A stretch of DNA of 64,000 bases. It comes from Nannocystales bacterium. Its GTDB lineage: Bacteria > Myxococcota_A > Polyangia > Nannocystales > Nannocystaceae. Position 1 is the first letter of the stretch. Every line of letters starts with the position of its first letter. The position numbers and the translations under genes are program-made. The notes beneath the pieces are model-generated. The model was not told the origin of the DNA and searched no databases. It saw only the letters and a list, made by a program, of their open reading frames with translations. The stretch lies in NCBI GenBank assembly GCA_050633305.1, contig JBOEGF010000007.1, positions 256,001 to 320,000 of the forward strand, given 5' to 3'. Below, in pieces: positions 39,667-51,601 of this stretch.

Positions 39667-42600
39667 TCAGTACATTTGCAGCGCGCGCAGGAGCCAATAG
39701 GCATCCTCGTACCGCAGCGTGGCCACGGGGTCGGGACGGCCCTCACCCACAAAGCCGCGGTCGTGGGCCAACGTCAACAGCGCACCGTCGAGCTGACCGC
39801 ACAGACGTGTAGCGAACAACAGCACGGCGCGCCGCAGCTCCACTTCGAGCCGTTCCACCCCTCCGGTGGCGGTGAGCCAGTGGGCGAGCTCTCGGGCCAA
39901 CTGGGCACCTTCGCGCGGGGAGAGGGATGCGCCTGCGGCGGTGAGCGCCTCCGCGACTTCCCTCGCAGGGCGACCCGTGGGGACGTGCGATGGGCTGGCC
40001 ATACGTCCCAGCCCATCGAGCAGCTCCTCGAGACGGATGCCATGACCCTCTTCGAGGATGGCCAGGCCCGAGACGATCGAGGTGGCGGCGCGAGCCAACC
40101 GGAAGCGCAACTCGGCGACGGAACACACTGTGACTCCGGCCCCCAGCAGAATGGTCGGAACGTCGCGGTTGGCGAGCCCAACGCCTCCCGGGAGACGAGC
40201 GCGGGTCCACGCGAGCGGGAACTCGCAATCCAACGAGCGCCGCCACGGCTCGACGATCGACTCGGCGAGGGCCACTCGCGCTTTGGCTCCGGCGCTGGAC
40301 GGCGATGCGGGAGTGTCTGGTGCGCGGGTAAAGCCGGAGAGCGCACGCCTGGCCGAAGAGAGCCCGCGTCGAAGGGTTCCCCCGGCTTCGAAGGGGCCGC
40401 TGGTCAAGGCGGTCAGGTCTTGCGGAGGCGCGGCCAGGGGCAGGCGCGCGACCAGGCTCGGCACCGGTCCGTCGGGGACCATGAACGCGGTGACCTGGTA
40501 CAGGTTCCGGGCACGCTCGGCCTGTCCTGCGGCCTCGGCGAGCCGTGCGAGTCCAAGTGCGAGACCGGCTTGGAGCGGTTGCCCCGAGGACCAATGCGCG
40601 AGGTCCCGCGAGAGCGCGAGGCGTCCGCCGAGCAAGGAGCCGGCCGCCGCGAGCACAGCATCGAGGCGGGGAAGCGGACCGCGGGCGGCGACGTGGGTGA
40701 GGAGCTGGCGCAGCCCGGGGAACAGGTACCGCTCTTGGGCCGCGGGGCCATGGCGGAAGCCGAGGTCGCGGGCCAGGGAGCGCTGGCCATGACGGTAGGC
40801 TTCGGTGAGCGCAGCCAGCAGGAGGACCTCTTCGTCGGGGCCTGCCCGCTCGCGAATCTCGACCGCGAGGTCGAGGACTTCGTCCCACCGGGACTCCGCG
40901 AAGGCCAGGGGCAGCAGTCGGATGCTGGGACCGGGGAGTTGCGGGGCCGCCTCGGTTGCTCGCTGCAGCGCCTGCCGAGCTTGGCCGAGGGCCCGGGCTC
41001 GGTTGGACCGCTGGGCCGTCCCTTGTTCGATGAACGCTTGGGCGGCGTGCATGTATTGCTCCGCCTGCTCCAGTGGATCGGAGCTGAGAGAGGCGAGCTG
41101 CAGACGCGTGTCTCCCAGCGTGCCCCAGTCCTCGGTGTCCTCCACCAGCTCGGCGTAGAGTTCCAACATCTCGCGGTGGGCAGGGTCGAGCTTGAGCGCC
41201 TGGCTCAACACCGCGATACCTCGCTCGGGGCCGCCGAGGCTCTGCTCACACCGGGCCAGGTCCAGTGCAACGGTGACCATCTGTGGCGTGCGGCGCTCGA
41301 GCGAGGCCTCGAACAGCCGCCGAGTGATCGCGACGCGGTCCGCAGGGGAGGCACCGTGGGCGAGGACGGCGTCGAGCTTCGTCAACGCGGTGAAGCGAAC
41401 CTCATGGTCGTCGGTCCGAAGACAAAGGGGGCGCAGGATCGCGGTCGCGTCTTGGGTCCGGCCGAGGTCGGAGGCGACCTGCGACAAACCCAGATCGAAC
41501 GCGGCCGTGCGCTGATCGGCGGGCACCGCCCGAAGAACCTCGTAGATGTCCTGGACCCGGGGGTCGTCGCCTGCGTGGGCGGTCAACTCTGCGAGCAGGC
41601 TCAGCCCGTCGAGGTTCGACGCCGCGATGGCGACGCTGCGGCGCAGGGCGTCAATCGCTCGCCCTGGGTCGCGAAGTGCGGTCCACGAGAATCGAGCGGA
41701 CTCCAGCAGCGCGCTGGCTTGGGCGTCCCCGGAGGTCTGCTCCGCCACGCGCTCGTACAGGTCGACGACCTCGGCATAGGCTCCGCGCTCGGCGTACGCG
41801 TCGCGCAGCGCGGCGGCTGCGGTGTGCAGGTCATCTTCGGAGCCGTCGAGGGCGTCGGCGAGTTCGCGCTGTTTTTCTCCCGCCCAGGTCTCCAGCTCTG
41901 GGTCACCCAGCGCGCGCCCCAGCTCTCGAAGCCGCGCCAAGATGTGGACGCGTTCGGTGGGTTGTTTCTCGACGTCGAGCAGCCGGAGCAGTCCAGACTT
42001 TTGCTTTCGTAGCGCGTGTTCCTCGTCACCGTCGAGCGCATCCAGGTTGCGCTGTGCGGCTGCGGTGAGATCGTCGCTCGCCGCGGGGAGGTCGAGGACC
42101 CGTTGCGTCGCGGCCTCGGCCGCAACGATGTCGTCGTCGGACATGCGCAGGTCCGCGGCGAGCAGCCACAGACGTGCCCGTGCGGCGTCGTCGAGCTCGC
42201 CCGGCTGACCGGCGATGCGCTCGAGGCGATCGGCGATCCGCCGCGGGTCCGGCAAGCGAGAGGTCAGCGCCGCCGCACGGGTCGAGACGACCAAGTCGTC
42301 GGGAGCTTGTGTGATCGCAGACTCGATGTTGCGGACCGCTGAGTCCACATCGCCGAGGTGCTCGATGTACGTCTCCGCAAGGTCGAGGTGGTGTGCGGCG
42401 CGGGCTGGGCCGTCGGGCAACTCCCGAATTGCCAGGTAGTGCATGTGCGCGACGACCGACCACTCCAGCCGCTGTCGTGCCAGCGCCATCAAGGCCTGGC
42501 GTGCGGCGACGTGTTTGGCGTCCGCGCCCACAGCCTCCAGCAGGTAGGCGCGAGCACGCTCGGCTTCCGCGCTGTATGGGTCGAGCTCGGTGGCGGGCAT

Positions 42601-45600
42601 GAGCAGTGCCGCACGGCGATAGGCGACTTCGGCCCCGAGCATGCTGGACAACGGGAGCTGGGAGAGATTCTCCAGCACGATGGCTTGCTCGGTGGTGCGC
42701 CCCGAGCGTTCATAGAGGCGGGCGAGTTCGAGCAGCGCGCGTTGGGATTCGGGGGCTCGCTGAAGGGCGTCCTTGAGGACCTCCTCCGCCTCGTCGCCGC
42801 GGTCGAGTTCGAGCAGGACGCGTGCGGCCACGGCGGCGGTTTCGGCTGCACGAGGACCGTCGAAGTCTTGGTGGGAGGCCGCCGTGACCAGTGCGGGCAC
42901 GGCTTCTTCCAGCCGACCTTGGCGAGCCATCAACCGGCCGAGGGCTTCGGAGGCGGTGGCGCTGTTCGGGGCCAGCTCGAGCGCATCTCGGTAGTGCGAC
43001 TCCGCTTCGCTCTCGTACTCCTCGTGAACCGAGAGGAGGTCTCCGAGCAGGGTGAGCAGGGAAGGGCGGTGCTCGTCCGGGATCGTGGCCAGACGGTCCA
43101 AGAGCTCGGTCCGAACTCGGGTGAGCGCGTCGGTTCCCGAGAGCAGGACCTTCGCTTTGACACCCGATTCCTGGTGCACCGATGGAGAGGCCAGGTAGGC
43201 GTCGAGGTAGTAGCGGGCAGCCTGGTGGGGCCGTCCGAGGGTCTCGAGCAGTTGGGCGATGTGGATGGCGACTGCGGCCTGCCGCATCGGGTCGTTCGAC
43301 AGCGCGCCGAACCGAACTTTGAGAATCCGGACCAGGTCCTCGTGCTGACCGGCGCGTTGATACGCGCGGGCGAGCGTAGCGAGCCCTTCATCGGGAAGAC
43401 GCCCGTAGTCCTCGAGCCGCTCGTAGATTCGAGATGCTTTGGTCTCGTCGTCGAGGGGTCCTCGGTAGATGCGCGCGAGCTCCACGAGGAGGTCGACACG
43501 GCTGGAGACCAGCGCCTCGGGAGAGACGCCCTCGATCTCGGCGGCGAGCGAGCGTTCGAGGTAGATCGCGAGATCGACGTAGCGACCTTGGCCCTCCAGG
43601 TCCCGTACGAGCTCGGCTCGCATCTGCTCGCGTACGTCCCCTGCCTCTGGCGATTCATCGTCGCCGAGGTGCTCCAGGGCGATGCGGAGGGCTTGCTCGG
43701 AGCGCTGGAGGTCCCGTAGCTCGTGCCGACAGATCCTTGCGATCGAACGCAATAGGGCACAGCGTTCAACCCCGTACACGTGCGCGACCTGCCGCTCGTG
43801 CAGTTCAACAAGCTCCCGCCAATCGCCCTGCGACGCGAGCAGCTCGGCCATCGCCTCTTGGGCCGTCGGGCGACGCGGGTCTTCGCGCAACACCGCGCCG
43901 AGTTCGCGGATCGCCTCTCGTGGTCGCTCGAGCGGCCCGGCGAGCAATCGGGCCCGCTCTTCGATGGCATCGAGTCTGGCCTCTCCGCGCTGTCGTTGGG
44001 CCACCTGCTCCAACAGCGCCGCACGGTGAGCAGGGTCTTCGGCGAGTGTCCGCAGCTCGTCCAGTCGGTTGCGTGTATTGGCGTGCTCGGGGTCTCGCTC
44101 GTGGGCCCGCTCGACCAACGGCAGCGCCGACTCGTGATCTCCGCGGGCGAGTGCAGCGTCGGCGGCTCGGTGGGCGAGCGTCACGAAACCGGCGTTGCCC
44201 ATTCCGACGTGGTCCAGGACGCGGTGGGTGTACTCGAGGATCGGGCCCAACGCCCGCTGCTCGAAGACGTGCTCGAGCAGCGGAAGAAGCAGATCCGGAT
44301 CGTTGGGCGCGTACTCGATGGCGCGTTCGAGGTATCGGAGCGCACGAAGCTGGTCGCCAACCTCGTCCGCCGCAACATGGGCGAGCTGTTTGAGCGCGGA
44401 CACGCGGGCCCCGTCGTCATCGGCATGCGCGACAGCGAGCTCGAGAACCTCGAGTTGCTCCGCGACGTGGCCGCGGTCCGCCAACGCCTCGGCGAGCGCA
44501 GCGAGGATGTCTGAGTCGTCCTTGTTGGCGCGCGCGTGACTCTGCAAGAGCGCGGCAGCGTCGGCACGGCCAAGCTGGGAGGCGAACCCAATGTAGAGGT
44601 CAACCGGCGCGTGTCCGTGCTCCTCGATCCGAGGGACGAGCGACTCCATTCGCGTACGCGCGGCGTCCGTATCTCCTGCGTGGCGTTCACAGAGCAGACC
44701 GTGGAGCCGCGTTGTGCGGGGGAAGGCGATCAACCCGCGCTCGAGCTCTTCGTCGATCGCATCGAGGTCCTCGCCGCCGCCGTGGGTGAGGCGAATGTCC
44801 AGAAGGTCAGAGAGCCCCTGGGAGTCGTCGTCGACGAACGCCTGCTCCACCGCGGTGTGCCACGCGTCGCGAACACGGAGGTCCTGGGCCGCGATGTCGT
44901 GCGCACGGCGGACGGCTCGCCGAAGGACAGCGCCGTCGCCGGTTTGCACGGCCAGCGCCAACGCTCGAAGCGTGAGTGCCGTGGCTGGCTCGCGCGGGAC
45001 TCCCTGCGCAAGACCCAGCAGGTGTTCGCTCATGGCCGCTTCGTCGGCCCCGAGCAACCGACGGAGCCTCTCGAGCAATCCGGCGTCGCTGGGAGCCTCG
45101 CGAAGCCCGTCGCCGACTCGGCGGAGCTCGTCGTCTTCACGGCCAAGCTCATGGACCGCCCAGTCGCGGAGGTCGAGCAGGTCGGGGCGGTCGGCGATCT
45201 CGTCCCGAAGAAGGTCGAGCGCTTCGAGGGCGGCGGTGGCGTTACCGGCGTTGAGAGCGAGTGAGGCCCGCTCGGTCAACAGAGAGTCTTGCCGCTCTCC
45301 TGGCGTCAGGTTTGCGATAGCCCGATCCAAGGCGGCTGCGTATCGCCCCGGCGCACCTGCTTGATTGGTGACCTCGCGCAGGGAGGACAAGAGAAGCTCG
45401 TCGGTGGGCTCCCGAAGCAGCGCATCTTCGAGACACCGCATTGCGTCGTCCGGACGGCCGGCTTCGGCCAGCAGATGTGCCTCGGCGCGATACTCCGAAG
45501 CGGGCTGCGACCCTCCGAGCAGGGTGCGTACGCGGGCTCGCGCCAACAACTGTTGGTCCTGCGAAGCCTGGGGTTCCCGGGCGATTTCCATCCACGCCTC

Positions 45601-48423
45601 GGCGAGCTCCGCGTGGCGAGCACTGTCCCGAGCGACATGGCCGCTGGCACGTTCCAGCCAACGGACGCTCACGTCGAGTTCGCTGCGTCCGCGATGCAGT
45701 CTGGAGAGCTCGAGCATGAGGTCCCCGCGCGCTGCGTTGTTGGGCGTGTGCGCGAGCTGGCTCTCGCGTGCACGGAGCTCCAGTTCGGTGTTCTTGCTGG
45801 CACCAGCGGCCTCGGCGAGCCTCGCCCACCCTTGCGAGTTCTCCGGATCCGCCGCGGTCGCGCGCTGCAGAGTTTCGGCGGCCGTAGCCTCATGGCCGTG
45901 CGCGAGTTGATGGGACCCTAGCGCTCGCGCCGCGGCACCTGCACGGGGGTCGTTCGGAGCGAACAACGCCAGGGCCTGCTCCCAGTGGTGTGCCGCGCTG
46001 GCATCGTTCCCCGCGGCCTTGGCCGTGTCCGCCGCAACGAGCTGCGCGGTTGCATCGGCCGGGTCGAGTTGAAGCCGGAGCGCGAACAGCCGCGCGCACT
46101 CGGGGTCTTCGGTGGCGACGGTTCGGGCATCACGTTGGTCGGACAAGATACGAGCGAGGAGTCGGTCGACGGCCTCGAGTCGGATCGCACCCGAGAGCGA
46201 GTTGTCATCCGCGCGTCCCCGCCACAGCTCGCTGAGGTCCGCGTCTTGTCCGGCCCGGTCCAGCAGGCTGACCAAGCGCTCCGCCAAGGCTGTGTCGTTC
46301 GGCGCCGCACGCAATGCCGCATCGAGAAGGATTGCCGCCGCAACGCCGTCGGTCCGGGCGGCCGCGCGGGTGAGCCAGTCCGCCTGTGGGCGGCCCGTGG
46401 TCTGTGCGGCCGCCTCCTTGGCGAGGGCGAGCGCCTCCTCGCTGGCACCAGCGTGGCTGAGTGCGTCGTACAAGGCGACGGTCGCCGCGTCCGGGGACTT
46501 GTTTCGGAGCCAGCGACGGTGGAGCGCACGAATCGACGACTCGAGATCCACCCGAGTCCGCAGCCGACGGACCCAACCCTCCACCTCGGCCCCCGGTGCG
46601 ACTTCGACGGCGAGCGCGAAGCCCCGACGTTGGTCATCTCGCGGGAGCTTTCCCAGGGCCGGCCACAACACCTCCCAGATCTCGGTGGATTCCTCGTCGA
46701 GGTCGTCGAGCAGGACGGCCTCTTCGAGTCGAGCCTGGGCACGTTCAGCGGATGGAGGCAGGGCCGCCCGCAGGGCACGATAGGCCACGAGTGCGGCGTC
46801 GACGTTCCCACGGCTGCGATAGAGCATCGCAGCGTCGCGGAGCAGTTCGGGGTCGTTGGGGGAGTCCTCGAGCGCGGCCGAGACGTAGATGACCGCATCC
46901 GCGTGCCGAAGCTGAACCGAGAGCTTCGCGAGGAGGCGGCGGAACTCTGGGGTGTCGACGCTGCCAGGTGCCTCTTCGAGAAGCTTGCGCGCGTGTTCGA
47001 ACGAGGCGGGCGCATCCTTGGCGGCGTACGCTGCTCGTTGCGCAACCTGCAGCAGATCGACGTCGGTGGGGGCGTGGACCAGGGCCTCCGTCGCGGCATC
47101 GAGCGCGACACGGGGATAGCCGGCGCGGAGCAGGGCATCGGCAACTTCGGCGACCCGTCCAGCGTCGCTGTTGTCGCCTCGTCGGGCGTCCTGCAGAAAC
47201 GCTCTCGCGACGTTGGGTTCGTCGACATGGGCGAGCGCCCGGAACCACGCGATGTCGTGGCGGTGCGTGGTGAGCTCTGGATGTGTCCCGACCCCTGCGT
47301 GAAGCGACTCGAGCTCGACCCGTGCGGCTTCTCGGTCTCCGCTGCGCCGAAGCATGATCGCCGCGTGGGCCAAGCGAGCCCGCGGGGTGTCGCGCTGCTG
47401 GAGGTCGTCGAGGACAGGGAGGAGGTCGCCGGTCCGGGAGCGGAGTTCGAACCTCAACCGTTCGGCCAACTTCGAGGACGGGTCGGCGAGCAGCCACTGC
47501 CCGAGTGCGGCATCGACGGCGCCGGCCAACGCGTCGTCGCGGAGCGCCGGGCGGAGCCCAAGCCGCGCGACCCACTGCCACGCCGCGGCTGCGGCCTCTT
47601 CACTGAAGCCAACCCGTCGTGCCACGGCCGCGGCACGCTCAACGGCGGCCGCGTTTCGGCGATCTGCGAGGTCTGCGTAGACAGCCGCGATCTCCTCGGA
47701 AATCCCTCGGGCCTCCTCGAGGTTGCCGCGGACCAACGCCGGCGCTGCAGCGGAGCGCTCGCTGAACCCCAGCCGGATCTGCTGAGCGCCAAACTCCGCG
47801 CTGTGCAGTGCCAGGCGTTCGAGGCGGGGTGCTTTCCACCCACTGGCGACCAAGGCCCGCGCGAGCGTCTCTCGTACGGGGTCGAGCGACCCGGTGTCTT
47901 GCCGGAAGAGTCTGCGAAGAATTGCGGCCCAGATCGCTCCGGTGTCGGTCGCCGTGGCTGCGAACCACCACGACGCGGCCGGTTGCAGTTGGATGTAACG
48001 CTGTTCGACAGCAGGTTGCACCGCGATTCGGAGCCAGGCCGATGGCGAGCTTGGGGTCCGGCCGACGAGCGTCAACGCGGGTCCGCGAACCCCCGGACCC
48101 ACCGAGGCGTCGAGTCGCAGTGTTGCGCGGCTGACCGTGAAGTCCCCGAGCGTGAGTCCTTGCAGTGTCGTGGCGACCCACCGCTCGATCGGTCCGGTGT
48201 CGGCCTCGAGTTCCAGCGCAATCGCGTCGCTTCTTCGATTCCGAAGCGCCGCCGGAGAGGCCGGCGCACGCATCGGGAACTCGATGCCGTGCACCTCGGC
48301 CTCGTATCCGCGAACGCGGAGTCCTTCACGGAGCGTGCGCTGCTCGAGGCAGAGCAGCGCTTTTCGATCGCGGCAAAGCAGGGCGACGCCCAACACATTG
48401 CCGACCGCTGGGCCTTGCGCCAT
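39667..48423 (-). CDS. Giant (2918 aa) TPR/helical-repeat protein
   Basis: Uninterrupted ORF with dozens of Ala/Leu/Glu/Arg-rich TPR-like units (e.g. ALRYLERAIEYAPND, YRDALELAPNS). No signal peptide or TM seen. Confidence 0.85.
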   Translation of the reverse strand: MAQGPAVGNVLGVALLCRDRKALLCLEQRTLREGLRVRGYEAEVHGIEFPMRAPASPAALRNRRSDAIALELEADTGPIERWVATTLQGLTLGDFTVSRATLRLDASVGPGVRGPALTLVGRTPSSPSAWLRIAVQPAVEQRYIQLQPAASWWFAATATDTGAIWAAILRRLFRQDTGSLDPVRETLARALVASGWKAPRLERLALHSAEFGAQQIRLGFSERSAAAPALVRGNLEEARGISEEIAAVYADLADRRNAAAVERAAAVARRVGFSEEAAAAAWQWVARLGLRPALRDDALAGAVDAALGQWLLADPSSKLAERLRFELRSRTGDLLPVLDDLQQRDTPRARLAHAAIMLRRSGDREAARVELESLHAGVGTHPELTTHRHDIAWFRALAHVDEPNVARAFLQDARRGDNSDAGRVAEVADALLRAGYPRVALDAATEALVHAPTDVDLLQVAQRAAYAAKDAPASFEHARKLLEEAPGSVDTPEFRRLLAKLSVQLRHADAVIYVSAALEDSPNDPELLRDAAMLYRSRGNVDAALVAYRALRAALPPSAERAQARLEEAVLLDDLDEESTEIWEVLWPALGKLPRDDQRRGFALAVEVAPGAEVEGWVRRLRTRVDLESSIRALHRRWLRNKSPDAATVALYDALSHAGASEEALALAKEAAAQTTGRPQADWLTRAAARTDGVAAAILLDAALRAAPNDTALAERLVSLLDRAGQDADLSELWRGRADDNSLSGAIRLEAVDRLLARILSDQRDARTVATEDPECARLFALRLQLDPADATAQLVAADTAKAAGNDASAAHHWEQALALFAPNDPRAGAAARALGSHQLAHGHEATAAETLQRATAADPENSQGWARLAEAAGASKNTELELRARESQLAHTPNNAARGDLMLELSRLHRGRSELDVSVRWLERASGHVARDSARHAELAEAWMEIAREPQASQDQQLLARARVRTLLGGSQPASEYRAEAHLLAEAGRPDDAMRCLEDALLREPTDELLLSSLREVTNQAGAPGRYAAALDRAIANLTPGERQDSLLTERASLALNAGNATAALEALDLLRDEIADRPDLLDLRDWAVHELGREDDELRRVGDGLREAPSDAGLLERLRRLLGADEAAMSEHLLGLAQGVPREPATALTLRALALAVQTGDGAVLRRAVRRAHDIAAQDLRVRDAWHTAVEQAFVDDDSQGLSDLLDIRLTHGGGEDLDAIDEELERGLIAFPRTTRLHGLLCERHAGDTDAARTRMESLVPRIEEHGHAPVDLYIGFASQLGRADAAALLQSHARANKDDSDILAALAEALADRGHVAEQLEVLELAVAHADDDGARVSALKQLAHVAADEVGDQLRALRYLERAIEYAPNDPDLLLPLLEHVFEQRALGPILEYTHRVLDHVGMGNAGFVTLAHRAADAALARGDHESALPLVERAHERDPEHANTRNRLDELRTLAEDPAHRAALLEQVAQRQRGEARLDAIEERARLLAGPLERPREAIRELGAVLREDPRRPTAQEAMAELLASQGDWRELVELHERQVAHVYGVERCALLRSIARICRHELRDLQRSEQALRIALEHLGDDESPEAGDVREQMRAELVRDLEGQGRYVDLAIYLERSLAAEIEGVSPEALVSSRVDLLVELARIYRGPLDDETKASRIYERLEDYGRLPDEGLATLARAYQRAGQHEDLVRILKVRFGALSNDPMRQAAVAIHIAQLLETLGRPHQAARYYLDAYLASPSVHQESGVKAKVLLSGTDALTRVRTELLDRLATIPDEHRPSLLTLLGDLLSVHEEYESEAESHYRDALELAPNSATASEALGRLMARQGRLEEAVPALVTAASHQDFDGPRAAETAAVAARVLLELDRGDEAEEVLKDALQRAPESQRALLELARLYERSGRTTEQAIVLENLSQLPLSSMLGAEVAYRRAALLMPATELDPYSAEAERARAYLLEAVGADAKHVAARQALMALARQRLEWSVVAHMHYLAIRELPDGPARAAHHLDLAETYIEHLGDVDSAVRNIESAITQAPDDLVVSTRAAALTSRLPDPRRIADRLERIAGQPGELDDAARARLWLLAADLRMSDDDIVAAEAATQRVLDLPAASDDLTAAAQRNLDALDGDEEHALRKQKSGLLRLLDVEKQPTERVHILARLRELGRALGDPELETWAGEKQRELADALDGSEDDLHTAAAALRDAYAERGAYAEVVDLYERVAEQTSGDAQASALLESARFSWTALRDPGRAIDALRRSVAIAASNLDGLSLLAELTAHAGDDPRVQDIYEVLRAVPADQRTAAFDLGLSQVASDLGRTQDATAILRPLCLRTDDHEVRFTALTKLDAVLAHGASPADRVAITRRLFEASLERRTPQMVTVALDLARCEQSLGGPERGIAVLSQALKLDPAHREMLELYAELVEDTEDWGTLGDTRLQLASLSSDPLEQAEQYMHAAQAFIEQGTAQRSNRARALGQARQALQRATEAAPQLPGPSIRLLPLAFAESRWDEVLDLAVEIRERAGPDEEVLLLAALTEAYRHGQRSLARDLGFRHGPAAQERYLFPGLRQLLTHVAARGPLPRLDAVLAAAGSLLGGRLALSRDLAHWSSGQPLQAGLALGLARLAEAAGQAERARNLYQVTAFMVPDGPVPSLVARLPLAAPPQDLTALTSGPFEAGGTLRRGLSSARRALSGFTRAPDTPASPSSAGAKARVALAESIVEPWRRSLDCEFPLAWTRARLPGGVGLANRDVPTILLGAGVTVCSVAELRFRLARAATSIVSGLAILEEGHGIRLEELLDGLGRMASPSHVPTGRPAREVAEALTAAGASLSPREGAQLARELAHWLTATGGVERLEVELRRAVLLFATRLCGQLDGALLTLAHDRGFVGEGRPDPVATLRYEDAYWLLRALQMY

Positions 48424-48431
48424 CAGGTGTG

Positions 48432-48460
48432 ATTACAGCGCACCGCGGCCGCGGCGTGAA
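48432..48460 (-). promoter_or_regulatory. Putative promoter of the giant TPR gene, leaderless geometry
   Basis: Minus strand reads TTCACG-N17-TGTAAT, ending 8 nt before ATG 48423; no SD. Confidence 0.4.
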
Positions 48461-48485
48461 GGGTTCTGTAGCCCCCGGCTGTCGC

Positions 48486-50234
48486 CTACCGGCCGCCGAA
48501 CATTCCCGCGCGGAGCAGACCGCCCTGGTTGCCCACCCGATCGCACACCGAGTACGGCTTGAAGCCTTCTGGCTCTTCACCCTCTTTGGTCTCGATATCG
48601 TACGTCACGAGGCGCTGGACCTTGTCTTCGCTGACGGTGACCCCGCCCTTACCCTTGGCCTCCAGACACAGTCGCTCCGCCCAGTTGGCGGTGATCTGCA
48701 TGCCCTTGCGCATCCAGGCGGTCGTGTAGAGCTGCTCACGGGCTTCGGCAAACCCTTCGTCCGTGGCGCCTTCTTTGGCTTTGAGCCCCGCGATGATCAG
48801 CGCGCCTTGCGTCTCGTAGACCGCATCGAGGATGGCGGTCTCGGTGTCGGATGCCCAGGCGGCATCGACGAGGTCGGGCATCAGGCCCAGGTTTGGAATC
48901 GGTGCGCTCTTGCTAAAGAGACCGGTCTCGCGCAGCTCCGCCTTGGGGCGGGCGGGTTTGGCTTCGGCCGGGGTCGAGTCGCCTTCTTCACCGTCGATCG
49001 CGGCGTCTTCGAGCCCCGGAACTGCGCCGGGCGCTGCGAACACATCGTCGATGGACGCGCCGCCGAGCACGGCATCGCGGTCTTCCTCGGCGGCCGCCTT
49101 GGCGAGGGCCTTGCCCTTGCTTTGCGCGATCGCTTCCGCGGCGAGCTCGCGCAACGCGTCTTCCTCGGGGACGTCGCCTTCGCGCTTGCCCTCGACCCGG
49201 ACGATGAAGAAGTCGTTGTCTCCTTCGATGATCTCCGAGAGTGCATCGACTTCGAGGGTGCGAAGCGCCTTATCAAGTGCGGGGTCGAGCCCGGTACCGA
49301 CCTTGACGCCCGTCCAGCCGAAGTCGCCGCCTTTTCGACCGGTTCCCTCGTCGTCGGAGACGTCGCGAGCGACCTCGCGGAAGGTGGCACCTGCCTCAAT
49401 GCGGGTCCGTGCATCGTCGGCCTTCGTGCGTGCCGCGGTCGTCAGGGCTTCGCTGGCTTCGGCCGCGGGCTTGTCGATGGCGATGACGCTGACGCGGATC
49501 TGCTCGGGAAGCTTGGTGAACCGGGAGCCCTGGGTTCCGAGGGTTTTCTTCAGCTCGTCGCTGTGCTCCTCCATCCAAGCCTCGACATCCTCCTCGCTCG
49601 GGTCGACGAGGTCCGCGTAGGGACCGATCTCGTACCTGGCGTACTGCAGGGAGAGCTTGTTCGCGCTGGCTTCGTACTGCTCGCGAAGTACGGGCTCGGG
49701 GATGACCACGGAGCTGCGAACGAGGTCGCGGACCGAGCGCGCGAGAACCTCGCGTGACTGCAGTTCGAGGAACCGGTTCTCGGGGAGCTGGTAGTTGGCC
49801 AGCAGGTTCTTGAACATCTTGTAGTTGAACTGGTCGAGGTCGCCCAGCCAGCTGACGCTCATCCCGAGGATGATCATGTGTCCGTGTGCGACGAGGTCCT
49901 CGGCGTCGTGGGCCGTGGCCGCCAACCCCATTTCTTCACCAGCGTGTGCCAGGAGCTCACGCTCGATGAGAGATTCGAGCACCTCTTCCTTGACCCCGAA
50001 CATCTGCTGCATGCGCGCATCTTTGGGGATGCGGACGACGCCACCCATCAGGCTGTACTGGGCCCGGTAGTCGTCGTCGTTGATCGTGGCGCCGTGCACC
50101 TCGACGATCGGCTTGTTGCCGAACGACAAGCTGTCGGAGGGCAGACCAAACGAAAGGCCGAAGGCTGCCGCGAGAGCGAGGAGGATGAGCCACGCCCAAA
50201 AGCTCGTCGAAGACTGACGCAGGAAGTCGAGCAT
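48486..50234 (-). CDS. PpiD/SurA-type membrane-anchored chaperone with parvulin PPIase domain
   Basis: Start ATG 50234 (MLDFLRQ..TM). SurA N-terminal-like segment (VLESLIERELL...GL) and parvulin motif FREVARDVSDD..TGRKGGDFGW. Confidence 0.85.
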   Translation of the reverse strand: MLDFLRQSSTSFWAWLILLALAAAFGLSFGLPSDSLSFGNKPIVEVHGATINDDDYRAQYSLMGGVVRIPKDARMQQMFGVKEEVLESLIERELLAHAGEEMGLAATAHDAEDLVAHGHMIILGMSVSWLGDLDQFNYKMFKNLLANYQLPENRFLELQSREVLARSVRDLVRSSVVIPEPVLREQYEASANKLSLQYARYEIGPYADLVDPSEEDVEAWMEEHSDELKKTLGTQGSRFTKLPEQIRVSVIAIDKPAAEASEALTTAARTKADDARTRIEAGATFREVARDVSDDEGTGRKGGDFGWTGVKVGTGLDPALDKALRTLEVDALSEIIEGDNDFFIVRVEGKREGDVPEEDALRELAAEAIAQSKGKALAKAAAEEDRDAVLGGASIDDVFAAPGAVPGLEDAAIDGEEGDSTPAEAKPARPKAELRETGLFSKSAPIPNLGLMPDLVDAAWASDTETAILDAVYETQGALIIAGLKAKEGATDEGFAEAREQLYTTAWMRKGMQITANWAERLCLEAKGKGGVTVSEDKVQRLVTYDIETKEGEEPEGFKPYSVCDRVGNQGGLLRAGMFGGR

Positions 50235-50524
50235 CGGTGCGGCGGAACTAGCAGGTCGGGCCGTCCACGGGCAACCGCGGAAGTGTGGTCTGCGCGTGAA
50301 CCCCGCTGGAAATAGCTTCCGCCGTTCGGGCGTTCCCCATCGCCTCGGCGTTTCGCTGCCCACGATGTGGGGTCTCCTCCGATGATGTGCGACATGGATT
50401 CGCTTGCCCCTCCGCCCTGGCGCGTGTAATTGAGGGCTCCTCACGGGATTCCGGCTGTGTTTCTCACAGCTCCCGCCTCCACCTTCGTCCCCACCATCAC
50501 CGGCTAGCGCACTGCGCGCGGTGA

Positions 50525-51601
<1,077 letters not shown>

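Noticed and set aside
39676..48432. Long + strand ORFs opposite the giant TPR gene (39676-42012, 45985-48432, etc.)
   Set aside because: Antisense shadows with no recognisable domains.
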